Shown here: positions 24,684-34,976 of the stretch, in pieces
Layout of the letters: each line of letters opens with the position of its first letter
How positions within the stretch are numbered: position 1 is the stretch's first letter
Source: Cyanophora paradoxa CCMP329
Lineage: Eukaryota > Plantae > Glaucophyta
DNA: 64,000 bases
Reading direction: 5' to 3'
NCBI GenBank assembly: GCA_004431415.1
Contig: QPMI01000179.1
Coordinates: forward strand, 62,001-126,000
Notes under the pieces: model-generated
The model's database searches: none
The model's input: only the letters and a program-made list of their open reading frames with translations
Told to the model about the DNA's origin: nothing
Translations under genes and position numbers: made by a program

Positions 24684-27600
24684 ATGGATGCGCCAGACAC
24701 CGCGGGCACAGTACTGCGTCTTCGCGGAGGAGCGGGCAAGCGGACCCGGTCGACCGCAGGCATCAGCTCAGGCGAGGACGACCCGCCACTGCAGCGCCCA
24801 AACCGCCCAACGACGCCAGCCGCGACGGACCCCGCGCTCGGGCTCGCCCAAAGCGCGCAGGCCGTGATGACGCCGGCGTCAGCAGAGGCTGCGGACTTGC
24901 AGCGCGTAGAGGAGTCGGCACCCGCTGGCGAGCGGCGCACGACGGCGGAGGCGGACAAGGAGACGTCGGCCGCAACGGACCCCACGCTCGGACTCGCCCA
25001 AAGCGTGCAGGCCACGCTGGTGACGGCGTCAGCAGAGGCCTCGGAGTTGCAGCGCGTGGAGGAGTTGGCACCCGCTGGCGAGCGGCGCCAGACGATGGAG
25101 GTGGACGAGGCGACGCCACTTGCAACGGACCCCACGCTCGGGCTCGCCCAAAGCGTGCAGGCCGTAACGACGATGTCGACGATGGAGGAGGATGCGGAGG
25201 AGTCGGCACCCGCTGGCGAGCGGTGCTTGACGGCAGCGGAGGGCGCGGAAACGCGGCGCGCGGAGGGCGCGGAGACGCCACCTGCAACGGACCCCACGCT
25301 CGGGCTCGCCCAAAGCGTGCAGGCCGTGACGGCAGCGTCGGCGATGGAGGAGGACGCGGAGAAATCCGCACCCGCTGGCGAGCGGTGCCCGACGGTGGCA
25401 GAGGCCACGGAGACGCAGCGCACGGAGGGCGCGGAGACGCCACTTGCAACGGACCCCACGCTCGGGCTCGCCCAAAGCGTGCAGGCGGTGACGGCGGCGT
25501 CGGCGATGGAGGAGGACGCGGAGAAATCGGCACCTGCTGGCGAGCGGTGCCCGAGGGCGGCAGAGGCCACGGAGACGCAGCGCGCGGAGGGCGCGGAGGC
25601 GCCACTTGCAACAGACCCCACGCTCGGGCTCGCCCAAAGCGTGCAGGCCGTGACGGCGGCGATGGCGATGGCGGAGGATGCGGAGGAGTCGGCACCCGCT
25701 GGCGAGCGGTGCTCGACGGCAGCGGAGGGCGCGGAGACGCCACCTGCAACGGACCCCACGCTCGGACTCGCCCAAAGCGTGCAGGCCGTGACGGCGGCGT
25801 CAGCGATGGAGGAGGACGCGGAGAAGTCGGCACCCGCTGGCGAGCGGTGCCCGACGGCGGCAGAGGCCGCGGAGACGCAGCGCACGGAGAGCGCGGAGAC
25901 GCCACCTGCAACGGACCCCACGCTCGGGCTCGCCCAAAGCGTGCAGGCCGTGACGGCGGCGTCAGCGATGGAGGAGGACGCGGAGAAGTCGGCACCCGCT
26001 GGCGAGCGGTGCCCGACGGCGGCAGAGGCCGCGGAGACGCAGCGCACGGAGAGCGCGGAGACGCCACCTGCAACGGACCCCACGCTCGGGCTCGCCCAAA
26101 GCGTGCAGGCCGTGACGACGGAGGCGACGGCAGCGGGGCCAGGCGGCGACGTTGCAACGACGCCACCACCGGGCGCCCCACAGGAGCACACGTACTCGCC
26201 GAATTCGCCTTCCCACCCGGATCACCCCATGAACATCGCGAGGATGGAGATCGACTCGCCGTCAGAGCACACGCATGACGAGGCGGAGCACACGTGGGAG
26301 GCGAATTATCGACGACGGCTGAAGACGGGCCAGACGATTAACAACGACACTCGATACCGTGCACTTGCAGAGTACACGATGGACAAGTTCGGAGTCCCGC
26401 GGTCGTCAAACGTGAGACGCCAGGTGGCTGACGGACTGACGCGCAACATGGGCCCCCCACCCCGAACGTCACCAGCCCACCAGGCCCTACACCCGGGCAA
26501 CGCGGAACTGATTGCGGAACTCACACGGGCGGACGCGGGCGAACTGCTCAACGCCCACGCAGGCCCGATTGACGAGCGATGGCTTGGGCTGTGGGGGAGG
26601 TTGACATCAGACGGACGTTGGCGACTCCTCCAGTGGACGGCAATGGAACGCAACGTCGACACGGCCACGCTGGCCGCGCAAGAGCACCGAGAACGAGCGG
26701 CGAAGTTCGCCGAGATCCAGGCGGCGGGCGGGGGCCGGCGGATGCAGGAAGTCGAGCGGGGCGAGGAGCCACGCGCGTGGGAGACTACCGTGGCGGCGGA
26801 CGTCGCGCGGGCTTACACGGTCCACCGGGGAATCGACAAGGAGATGTCTACCGCCGGGATCGGCAACGGCAACGTGGAAGAAGCCCTAAGGTCGCTGAGC
26901 TCTCGTGAGGCCGGCTACTACAGGGTCGTCAGTCGGGCGGTCTTCACGATGCTCGGAACCAACACGGTCTGGAACCCGCAGTGGATCACGGGAGGACGCC
27001 CGGAGGGCCCCCCGCCGCCCCACTTACCACGATCCATGAGACCGAAGGAGCGGTCGATGATGGACTACGAGTTCACGCACCCATCGCAAGAGGAGGGCGT
27101 CCGTGAACGGCAGATCTGGCAACACCTGGCGCCGCTGATGGAGGCCGTCAAGCCGTGGGTCAGACTCACGGATACAGCCCGCTTCGGAGCACTCGCTGCG
27201 GAGGCTGACAAGCGACGTGTCCCGGTGGAACAGCTGCCGGACATACTGATGGAGGAGTGGGGCCAGCTCTGCGACCTCGCGCGGCAAGCAGGCTACTTGC
27301 GGTGGGAGCACGTTGCAACGGGCTCGGATAACCCCAGGCACCAGCACGTCGCGGTGGCCGACATTTTCGTCCAGACACTCGACCTTCTCGGCCACCTGGA
27401 CCACGAGCGGGACCGGTACCACCTGGGCCAACCCTGGTTCAAGGTGTTCCGAGCGTTGGCGGCCGAGGAAGCGGGTTACGGGAAGGGGAGGCGGGCGCGA
27501 GAGCTGTACGAGCAACTCGCAACTCTACGGGACTCCGTCACAGGATGTGCTGAGACGGAGACGCTACTGAAGATGTACCGCGGGGAAAACGGCTGGGACG

Positions 27601-29420
27601 GCTGGCAGTACCGGCTGCCGCACGCAACGGCGTCGGCGGAATTCTCAACGGTCTACACGTCGCGCGACCTGAACAAGACGCGAGCGGGGGAGAGGCCGTA
27701 CATCGACAGGGACCTGACCGAGCCGTTCCGGATGGATACCGAACTCCCCAGGCGTGACTTCAGCATCTGGATGGCGTGCCAGTCGCGTTATGTACGCGAC
27801 GGGAAGAGCCTTCCCTCGCCGCCGCTGAGCCGACACTGGGGAGAAGGTGCGTACGGCACAGACAAGGAGAGTCTCGTGGTCACGACGCAAGTGGAAGTGC
27901 AGGCAGCACTACTACACGCCAAGCTTCTGCAGTTCAGGCGGGCAATGGCAGCACTGATCATGACAGGGTTCTCGGGCTTCGTCGACCCCTTTGTCGAAGC
28001 GACGGAGCAGCGTTGCAGCGGGGAGATCAGCGACGCGGCATGGCGCGACTCGGCCAGGCAGGGCCTTTCGTGCCTCGGACACGATAGCCTTCTCGCACTG
28101 TTCGGCGTCGAGATGCGCGAGATCGGACACTTCACCAACGCAATTGACAGCATCATGCCCACACTCGTCGCGTTGGGTATCGAGCTCGGCAGACGACTGA
28201 ATGGCGAACGTCAGCGACGCGGGCGAGGCGCCCCCATCCAGTTCGACACGGGGCTTCTCGAAAGGGCGCTAACGTCCCAAGCACTGGACGAGGCAGACGA
28301 GGAGGCTACCCGTTACGTCATGCTAGCAGCAGCTACGATGGAGACGCCGCCGGCACTGGAGGAGTGCGCCGACGCCAAGGTCGCCCTGCGACTCCGTACG
28401 CACGCGATGACGTGCGGACTGTCGCTCTTCCTTGCGGCGCGGGACACGAGGGCGGAAGGAGGTCTCCAGTGCCCTCGCACACTGTGGGACTCGAAGAGCA
28501 GCGAGATCGAGTGGGTAGACATGCTCAACACGACCCGAGCGTTCGACTACGACCTCCCTGACGGGTTCCTGGTGACGTTCCTCGTGGAGATCTGCGAGAG
28601 CTTCTTGACGGTGGCGCGGTATGCACGCACAATTGACGGGCGTACGCCGACGATCGCTACAGTGGCTGAGGCGGAGGACAACGAGAGCAGGGCTCTCTTC
28701 ACGCGCACCAGGCCTAGCTTACGCACGGGCCGAACGAATGTGAACCTCGAGGCACTCTCCTGGAGCAATGCCTTCCGTACGGCACTTGGCTTTACGGGCA
28801 AAGCGCACCTTTTTTGCGACCTCATGGAGGAGTTGCTCTATGTGAATGCGATGGCGGTGGACGTACCGTTCAGATTGGTTGACGGCGACTTACGGGACGG
28901 AGCGCGACGGGAGGCGATCGCTACCTACCTGCACCAACGGCGGGTGATCCCCGTGCACTACAGATCCGTGTCTCGCGAGAGCAAGACGCGCGTGATTGTG
29001 CACCTCACGTACTCAGCGGGACTGGCACGGCTGCGTCGGGATCACAACGTCATCCGTGACAGCATCGCAATGCTCGCCATCGAACTGCACAACGACCGCA
29101 AGGAGGGGAACAAGCCGAACGCAGCGTTCAGCTGGGCTCCGCAGCCGCCCCACGCCCACATGCACCTGGCCATCCACGACCCTGACGTAACGTGGTACAC
29201 GGCACCATTTCAGTCGACACCGTTCATCCTCGGCCGGCGGGGGGAGAATCTTCGGCTAGTTCCTATCACAGTGGCGATGACGTCGCTCAGGACTTTCTTG
29301 CTCAGGACGGTCACCGAGCGGCTACACGAGTCCATGACGACGGTGATTGCGACAGCGACGGGCGAGTCAGACCCGCACAGCGCGAAGGTGCAGCAGGCTG
29401 TACGAGTACTGACGTCCTGA
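24684..29420 (+). CDS. Giant element ORF1 (~1580 aa, unknown function): VLRLRGG leader plus 9 tandem 46-54 aa repeats
   Basis: Long open frame with GC-rich third positions; first ATG at 24684. Confidence 0.8.
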   Translation: MDAPDTAGTVLRLRGGAGKRTRSTAGISSGEDDPPLQRPNRPTTPAATDPALGLAQSAQAVMTPASAEAADLQRVEESAPAGERRTTAEADKETSAATDPTLGLAQSVQATLVTASAEASELQRVEELAPAGERRQTMEVDEATPLATDPTLGLAQSVQAVTTMSTMEEDAEESAPAGERCLTAAEGAETRRAEGAETPPATDPTLGLAQSVQAVTAASAMEEDAEKSAPAGERCPTVAEATETQRTEGAETPLATDPTLGLAQSVQAVTAASAMEEDAEKSAPAGERCPRAAEATETQRAEGAEAPLATDPTLGLAQSVQAVTAAMAMAEDAEESAPAGERCSTAAEGAETPPATDPTLGLAQSVQAVTAASAMEEDAEKSAPAGERCPTAAEAAETQRTESAETPPATDPTLGLAQSVQAVTAASAMEEDAEKSAPAGERCPTAAEAAETQRTESAETPPATDPTLGLAQSVQAVTTEATAAGPGGDVATTPPPGAPQEHTYSPNSPSHPDHPMNIARMEIDSPSEHTHDEAEHTWEANYRRRLKTGQTINNDTRYRALAEYTMDKFGVPRSSNVRRQVADGLTRNMGPPPRTSPAHQALHPGNAELIAELTRADAGELLNAHAGPIDERWLGLWGRLTSDGRWRLLQWTAMERNVDTATLAAQEHRERAAKFAEIQAAGGGRRMQEVERGEEPRAWETTVAADVARAYTVHRGIDKEMSTAGIGNGNVEEALRSLSSREAGYYRVVSRAVFTMLGTNTVWNPQWITGGRPEGPPPPHLPRSMRPKERSMMDYEFTHPSQEEGVRERQIWQHLAPLMEAVKPWVRLTDTARFGALAAEADKRRVPVEQLPDILMEEWGQLCDLARQAGYLRWEHVATGSDNPRHQHVAVADIFVQTLDLLGHLDHERDRYHLGQPWFKVFRALAAEEAGYGKGRRARELYEQLATLRDSVTGCAETETLLKMYRGENGWDGWQYRLPHATASAEFSTVYTSRDLNKTRAGERPYIDRDLTEPFRMDTELPRRDFSIWMACQSRYVRDGKSLPSPPLSRHWGEGAYGTDKESLVVTTQVEVQAALLHAKLLQFRRAMAALIMTGFSGFVDPFVEATEQRCSGEISDAAWRDSARQGLSCLGHDSLLALFGVEMREIGHFTNAIDSIMPTLVALGIELGRRLNGERQRRGRGAPIQFDTGLLERALTSQALDEADEEATRYVMLAAATMETPPALEECADAKVALRLRTHAMTCGLSLFLAARDTRAEGGLQCPRTLWDSKSSEIEWVDMLNTTRAFDYDLPDGFLVTFLVEICESFLTVARYARTIDGRTPTIATVAEAEDNESRALFTRTRPSLRTGRTNVNLEALSWSNAFRTALGFTGKAHLFCDLMEELLYVNAMAVDVPFRLVDGDLRDGARREAIATYLHQRRVIPVHYRSVSRESKTRVIVHLTYSAGLARLRRDHNVIRDSIAMLAIELHNDRKEGNKPNAAFSWAPQPPHAHMHLAIHDPDVTWYTAPFQSTPFILGRRGENLRLVPITVAMTSLRTFLLRTVTERLHESMTTVIATATGESDPHSAKVQQAVRVLTS
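24820..26115 (+). repeat. In-frame coding minisatellite, 9 units of 138-162 bp
   Basis: GACCCCACGCTCGG-type motif recurs at spacings of 150, 150, 162, 162, 162, 138, 162, 162. Confidence 0.95.
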
Positions 29421-29423
29421 ATC

Positions 29424-32400
29424 ATGGAGATGGCGGCGTCACCTTTCAAGGCGTACACGGTTGCGATGATTGTGGGCCACCCGATGCAGTTCTTCACTCT
29501 CCTCCGCACGCTTCATCGCGAGCAGCTGCAGCACGGCAACGAGGGACTGCAGCGCTACCCGTTGATTCCTAACCGGCAACTCCCGGTCGTCATGCAAGGG
29601 CGGCGGCAGGATTGGGAACGGAGCATCCCGCTACACCACCTGCCTGTACGCTCGGCAAAACCGGGCGCCTGGCTGTACTATGCAGGCGCCAACGCCTTCG
29701 GTCTTCCAACGGTGATGGAGGGGGAGATGAACGAGACGGAACGCCGAGTGATCGTGCACTTTGTGCTACGTCCGGCTCCGAACGTCGCAGGACCAAGCGG
29801 TGGCTCTGCAACAACGGCGGCGGCGCCGTCGCCCCCACAGGACGCTCAGCCTGAGAACGCTGCGGTCGCCTTCGTGGCGAGTGGCGGCACGGCCCGGGTC
29901 AATACGAGCCGGCGACCCGCGAAACCACACGAGGTGACGGCCATCGACATGCTACTCCATGGGGGGCCACTGGCACAGGCCGTCGGCAAGCAACTGCAGC
30001 ACAGGGACGGCGCGTTGACGGCAGACGACAGGGCAATCCAGCAGGATCTGTTCGTCCCGACACCTCTCCCACGCCACGACGTCGACACGAATCCTTTGCT
30101 CCTTCGGGACCAGCCGGCAAGCGGCTACTTCCACTACACTACGTGGAGACGACTGCACGAGCGGGCCGAACCGGTCGACGGTGCCATCGCTGCGGCGTTC
30201 GAGTCACAACGGGCACGGGCACCGCGCGTCCAAGGGTGGCTCTTTCAGCAGGCGATGGGTCAGCTGCTCGGACAGACAGCAGGACCGCGGGCGAGACCGG
30301 GGGAGGAGCGCGCTGGTACGCCCAGCGCACGGCCCCTTGTTGAGGCCCCGCAGCGCCGGTGGAGACGCCAGCAGCCCCAGCCGGAAGACCAGCCCTGGGA
30401 ACGTTACGATGCACTGGGTCGGGTCTGCATCAACGGGGACGAGCTCACGCTCTTCACAGACGTGAAGGCGGGGACGGGGGCGCTGCAGAGCCGGTTCGAG
30501 TACAGGGCTCCAACGCGGACGGCGCTGGTCTGGCAGCATCCGAGTCACCCTACCTCCAACGAGGAGCTGACGACGGACCAAGGCTCTGTGTTCAACCCGG
30601 CCCGTGACGACGACATTCATGCAACAATGGTGTTTGAGGCGCAGCTGCCAACGACGATGGAACGACACTGGCTCGGGACGGACGACGGGACAGGGCACGA
30701 CCTTCTTCTCGGGTTCTCGCATGTCCCAGATCCGCATCGAGAGCTGACAGCGGTCGCCCATCTGGCCTCCTGCTTCGCCACGACGGCCTTGCGTGTCCAC
30801 TTGGCGTTCCCCTTGGCGGCCTGGCTACTGAACGCGCTGACGGGGCTACCAACGAGCGTGGAGGCAGCAGCTCACAGTTGCAACCTGCCAACGGGACTGG
30901 GGGCGTACGACATCCTGACAGTTCGCGAGACGAAGCTGCGGCAGTACGTCTGCGCTAGCGACACGCTCCGTGCGGTCATGATGCGCGAGATCGCTGTTCG
31001 GTACAACGTCGGGACCATGTTGAGCAGAGTCGTTGCATTCCTGCAGGACTTCAACAAGCCCGGCGTGCTCAACCGCCAGGACTGGCCTTGCTCGACCGAG
31101 TTGGAATTCCAGACGGCGGATCCGGGACAGGTCCACGTCGCCCCGCAAATCTACCCCTGCTTCCTGGGCGATGTCTGCGTACACCCAGTGCCCAGCGAGC
31201 ACTTCGAACACTACAGCCCGACCAACCTGCAACGGACACCGCTCGAGCCGGACGTTGGGCGGGAGACGTTCCCGATGGACCTGCAGAATGAGGTCATGCC
31301 GCCGGCGCGTGTTACGCTGAGCTCAAAGACGCGCGAGGGCCAACAGAGGTTCCAGCAGTACGCCGTCCAGCAGAACGCGTTCACACAGCGACTTCTCGGG
31401 CTCCGGGACGAGCGCTCGGAATTTCCAGCGGCCCTGACCTCGTTCGGACACTTCATCGGGGCGCATGGCGTCATCGTGAGCGTGGGTAGCTGCGTGAATT
31501 CACAGACACGCGACGAGTTGTACGAACAAGGGGGAGTGACCGAGCAGCAAGCCCGTCGTTGCCCGCGACACCCGGAGGTCTTCGCAGTCCTCGGGTTCCG
31601 ACGCGAAGTGGTACGCGCACAGATCAGCTCGGGGTTCATCCTGGCTGCAGTCATGCAGCTGCATGCGAGCAACCCGCGGCTTTCGACACCGATGCCAGCG
31701 GAGGTGGCGGATCACATCCAACAACGCTGCTGCTACATGAGCCCTGGCGGATCACATCCAACAACGCTGCTGATACATGACGCGGTGGCGTTCGTCGAGG
31801 CCGTGCCCGAAGCCACTGAGAGTGACATGTGCGACGGCACGTACCACGTGCAGCCAGCACTGATGAACTTCCTCACGAGACATGGTTTCACCTGCCCGGA
31901 ACCATCAGTCTTTGCGGAGAGCATCCGGCTGGGCATCATGCAGGCGGCGACTTTCTTCCGTGGCTTCCGCTTCTACAAGCCTCGTCGGCCCGTAGATCCA
32001 TGCACGCTGGACAACATGATCGCGGTACCGGTGATGCGGGCGTTCACGATTACCGCGGACGAGGATGGCAACCAGCAGACGCACGTCGACGCGTCGCAAC
32101 TGGAGGAGGTGGCCGATCGTTTCGCGCTGATCTTCGACCGCTGGTGGAGTATGGGTGAAGCGCACGAGGGAGCAGCGTTGAATCCGCTCCACACGTCACT
32201 GTTCCCCGTTCTCCTCGACGAGATGCTGCAAGGGGAGAACAGCGCCTTGTGGACAGAATTCACCACGTGGCTACGTGACGCGTACGAGGATGAGGCCCTG
32301 CACATCACCCACGCGGGCCCGCTAGCGTACCACGAGGCGCAGGCGGGACCGGAAGGACACCCGGAGGGCGTGGCAGAAGACACCAGCTTGCGCCTGGAGG

Positions 32401-33671
32401 CGACCAACCCGCTCCCGTACTACCTGCACTCTGCGCCCAAGCGGCGTGGCGACGCGTTCATCGACTGCAGTCTAGTAGGAAGCGGGGCCAGGGAGCTGGC
32501 GGACTACACGGTGTGGATTGCTCTACCGCCCGAACCGGAAGCTGGCGGAACCGGAGACGACGACGACGACGGGGCGGATGGAGGCGACGGAGGTCAGGGT
32601 GGCTCTGGGCGGGGGCCGCGACGCCGACGGGCAGGCCGGACTCAACGCCCGCCGCCTTCGACGGACGAGACGAGCTCACAGGCGCCCACCTCGGCAACGT
32701 CTGGAGGGTCGAAGCGGGCGCGCACTCGGATGGGGCGCAAGGTGCAGAGACGCCTCGCGGCCAGCGCCAAGGCGACGATGGGCACAACAGGCGGAGCGCC
32801 GACAGTGTCATCAACGACAGATTCGACGTACGGGGGCTCGACATCTACGACAACAGCGTCGTCAGCGGCGACGACGATGTCGTCATCGGCGTCGGTCTAC
32901 GGCTCGGAGACTGGGGACACGGCATCATCGGTGTACGTGACAGCACCGTCAGAGTCGGAGGCGGCAACAACAGCACCACGGCGGGTTGCACGAGCGCTCA
33001 TTCCTACGTCACTCCGCGTCATCGCGAAGTACATGCTCTCGATAGACTACACGGACCTGCAGTTCGTCACGTTTCTCCAGACAGCGACGCGATGGACGAA
33101 GTACCACGGCTCGGGACAACTCCTACTCTTGGCAGGAGCGGGGGCGTCAACGACCGGGGACGGTGGCGCCTGGTACGACCGGGAATTCGTGATGCAAGTC
33201 GACGCGATCGACTGGACGAGTCTACGGCTCTCTCATAGCCTCGTCTACACGCGCATGATTCACTTGGCGGCGTACATCGCACGGAGGACGGCGCGGTGGG
33301 CCGTGGACGGCACGGATTCTCGCTCGGCGGCGCGGAAACTGGAGGTGCACAGGCAGGCGCTCTTCTACGTGACAGTAGTGAGCAACGCGTGCGGGCGAAC
33401 GACGCGGGAAACTCTCCTGGCCAAGCGCGTACCCCGGCTCGTCCCCGCCGCGGCCTGCATTGATCTGCCAAACGAGGTGGCGCTGACGGCGCCGGACACG
33501 GTCACGTGGTACACGAAGCGAATCCTGTCGGTGACCCTCCTCGAGTTCGACGGAATCATGAGCCAGCTGTGCACGTTCATCAACGCTTGCACGGATGCGA
33601 GCTGCGCCCTGCCTTGCGACGTCCAGAACCCCATGTGCGTAGCGACAGTGGATCGCCGACTCGTAGCATGA
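29424..33671 (+). CDS. Giant element ORF2 (1415 aa, unknown function)
   Basis: Same frame as ORF1, separated only by TGA ATC; contains acidic/Gly and Ser/Thr-rich low-complexity stretches. Confidence 0.8.
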   Translation: MEMAASPFKAYTVAMIVGHPMQFFTLLRTLHREQLQHGNEGLQRYPLIPNRQLPVVMQGRRQDWERSIPLHHLPVRSAKPGAWLYYAGANAFGLPTVMEGEMNETERRVIVHFVLRPAPNVAGPSGGSATTAAAPSPPQDAQPENAAVAFVASGGTARVNTSRRPAKPHEVTAIDMLLHGGPLAQAVGKQLQHRDGALTADDRAIQQDLFVPTPLPRHDVDTNPLLLRDQPASGYFHYTTWRRLHERAEPVDGAIAAAFESQRARAPRVQGWLFQQAMGQLLGQTAGPRARPGEERAGTPSARPLVEAPQRRWRRQQPQPEDQPWERYDALGRVCINGDELTLFTDVKAGTGALQSRFEYRAPTRTALVWQHPSHPTSNEELTTDQGSVFNPARDDDIHATMVFEAQLPTTMERHWLGTDDGTGHDLLLGFSHVPDPHRELTAVAHLASCFATTALRVHLAFPLAAWLLNALTGLPTSVEAAAHSCNLPTGLGAYDILTVRETKLRQYVCASDTLRAVMMREIAVRYNVGTMLSRVVAFLQDFNKPGVLNRQDWPCSTELEFQTADPGQVHVAPQIYPCFLGDVCVHPVPSEHFEHYSPTNLQRTPLEPDVGRETFPMDLQNEVMPPARVTLSSKTREGQQRFQQYAVQQNAFTQRLLGLRDERSEFPAALTSFGHFIGAHGVIVSVGSCVNSQTRDELYEQGGVTEQQARRCPRHPEVFAVLGFRREVVRAQISSGFILAAVMQLHASNPRLSTPMPAEVADHIQQRCCYMSPGGSHPTTLLIHDAVAFVEAVPEATESDMCDGTYHVQPALMNFLTRHGFTCPEPSVFAESIRLGIMQAATFFRGFRFYKPRRPVDPCTLDNMIAVPVMRAFTITADEDGNQQTHVDASQLEEVADRFALIFDRWWSMGEAHEGAALNPLHTSLFPVLLDEMLQGENSALWTEFTTWLRDAYEDEALHITHAGPLAYHEAQAGPEGHPEGVAEDTSLRLEATNPLPYYLHSAPKRRGDAFIDCSLVGSGARELADYTVWIALPPEPEAGGTGDDDDDGADGGDGGQGGSGRGPRRRRAGRTQRPPPSTDETSSQAPTSATSGGSKRARTRMGRKVQRRLAASAKATMGTTGGAPTVSSTTDSTYGGSTSTTTASSAATTMSSSASVYGSETGDTASSVYVTAPSESEAATTAPRRVARALIPTSLRVIAKYMLSIDYTDLQFVTFLQTATRWTKYHGSGQLLLLAGAGASTTGDGGAWYDREFVMQVDAIDWTSLRLSHSLVYTRMIHLAAYIARRTARWAVDGTDSRSAARKLEVHRQALFYVTVVSNACGRTTRETLLAKRVPRLVPAAACIDLPNEVALTAPDTVTWYTKRILSVTLLEFDGIMSQLCTFINACTDASCALPCDVQNPMCVATVDRRLVA

Positions 33672-34976
33672 ATGTACGAAGGGCGTACACCGGAGGCAGA
33701 GCTGAGGCGGATCCCGGGCCTGATTCACGAGGTGCAGAGTGACCTCACGGTGCTGCAAGGACTCTACAAGACGACGCAGCAAATCCAGAAGGAGCTCGGC
33801 CGCCCCGCACGCAACAGCGATCTGGCGCTGGAACTCGCGGTCAAGGAATGCGTGATCGTTTCCGCATTCGAGCACCCTTTCCGCCAGCTGCGTTTCGGAG
33901 AAGGGCCCCAGCGTCAGCCAACACTCTCGCAACGCGCAGGCGTCGGCTTCTTCGGGAAGCGCGACTCTTCGGATTCCGCGCAGGGAGGAGACAGTAGTGA
34001 GGACGACCGGCCCACTCCGCCAGCAACGCCATGGCGAGGCACGCGTGCACATCGACGAGTCCTTCGGCTGGCAGCAGCAGACCCCGCAGCCCGCCAGATG
34101 CAGCTCCTACATCCCAATTCGATCACGACGAGCGCGGATCCCGAGTTTGTCTTCCACCCTGGGAGCCTCCCTCTCCTCACACGGGTGCTGGCGGTGCACA
34201 CGGACGACGTGGGCACACCGACGACCACCGTATCGCCGGTAGTGGAGGCGTTGGCCAAGGAGCTCGCGGAAAGCATCTCGCGCACAGTCGGAGGAGAGGT
34301 GGGCAAGCTGCTGGCGGAGAGGCTCGTCGCGAGCGCCGTGAAGCGCGATCAGAACGCCTGGATGGACCGCCTCCAGGCAACGCGACTGCTGGTGGAGTGT
34401 GGAATCGCGGCGTTGGGGGCGAACGGGTGGGCCAAGGAGAGCATCCTGATCAAGGTCATCGTGGACTCCGGAGCGGAGGTGGATGTCCTGGACGGCAGTG
34501 TGGCTGAGATGATCCCCGGCCTCACCTACCTCAACGAGCGCGTGCCCCTCGTCGGTTTCCAGTCGAACATCACGACGTACGGCCGCACGGCACACGTGGT
34601 TCTGACGTTGGGCCCGGTCCGCCTCGCGCGGACAGTCGTCGTCACGTCGCCGAACTCCATGGGCGATGTCAAGATGCTGCTCGGCTTGTCGACCCTCATC
34701 GCGCTCTGCGCTCAGATGAGCTGCGCACCGGAGATGTGGGGCATGCACATCACCTCGCCGGACGACCAGGAGAACCACTTCGTTCCTTTTCGTCCTCGGA
34801 CCGAACCGGAGGGGCCGTTCCGGTCCGCCTTCTCCGTCCCCTCTACGTACCAAGAGGTGAAGCCTTCGTACGGTGCCATGTGCCGGACCTGCGGGGCCAG
34901 CTTCCGGTTCAGCAAGACGAAGTCCGCATCACAGCGTTCGGCTCGCCTGACGCGGACCCGTTTGACTCAGCTGTAG
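33672..34976 (+). CDS. Giant element ORF3 containing a retropepsin-type aspartic protease
   Basis: VIVDSGAEVDVL and MLLGL motifs; same frame as ORF1/2 (TGA ATG junction). Confidence 0.85.
   Translation: MYEGRTPEAELRRIPGLIHEVQSDLTVLQGLYKTTQQIQKELGRPARNSDLALELAVKECVIVSAFEHPFRQLRFGEGPQRQPTLSQRAGVGFFGKRDSSDSAQGGDSSEDDRPTPPATPWRGTRAHRRVLRLAAADPAARQMQLLHPNSITTSADPEFVFHPGSLPLLTRVLAVHTDDVGTPTTTVSPVVEALAKELAESISRTVGGEVGKLLAERLVASAVKRDQNAWMDRLQATRLLVECGIAALGANGWAKESILIKVIVDSGAEVDVLDGSVAEMIPGLTYLNERVPLVGFQSNITTYGRTAHVVLTLGPVRLARTVVVTSPNSMGDVKMLLGLSTLIALCAQMSCAPEMWGMHITSPDDQENHFVPFRPRTEPEGPFRSAFSVPSTYQEVKPSYGAMCRTCGASFRFSKTKSASQRSARLTRTRLTQL

Noticed and set aside
24653-26278. Antisense and alternate-frame ORFs (512, 472 and 351 aa)
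   Set aside because: They are shadows of the GC-rich 3n coding minisatellite.
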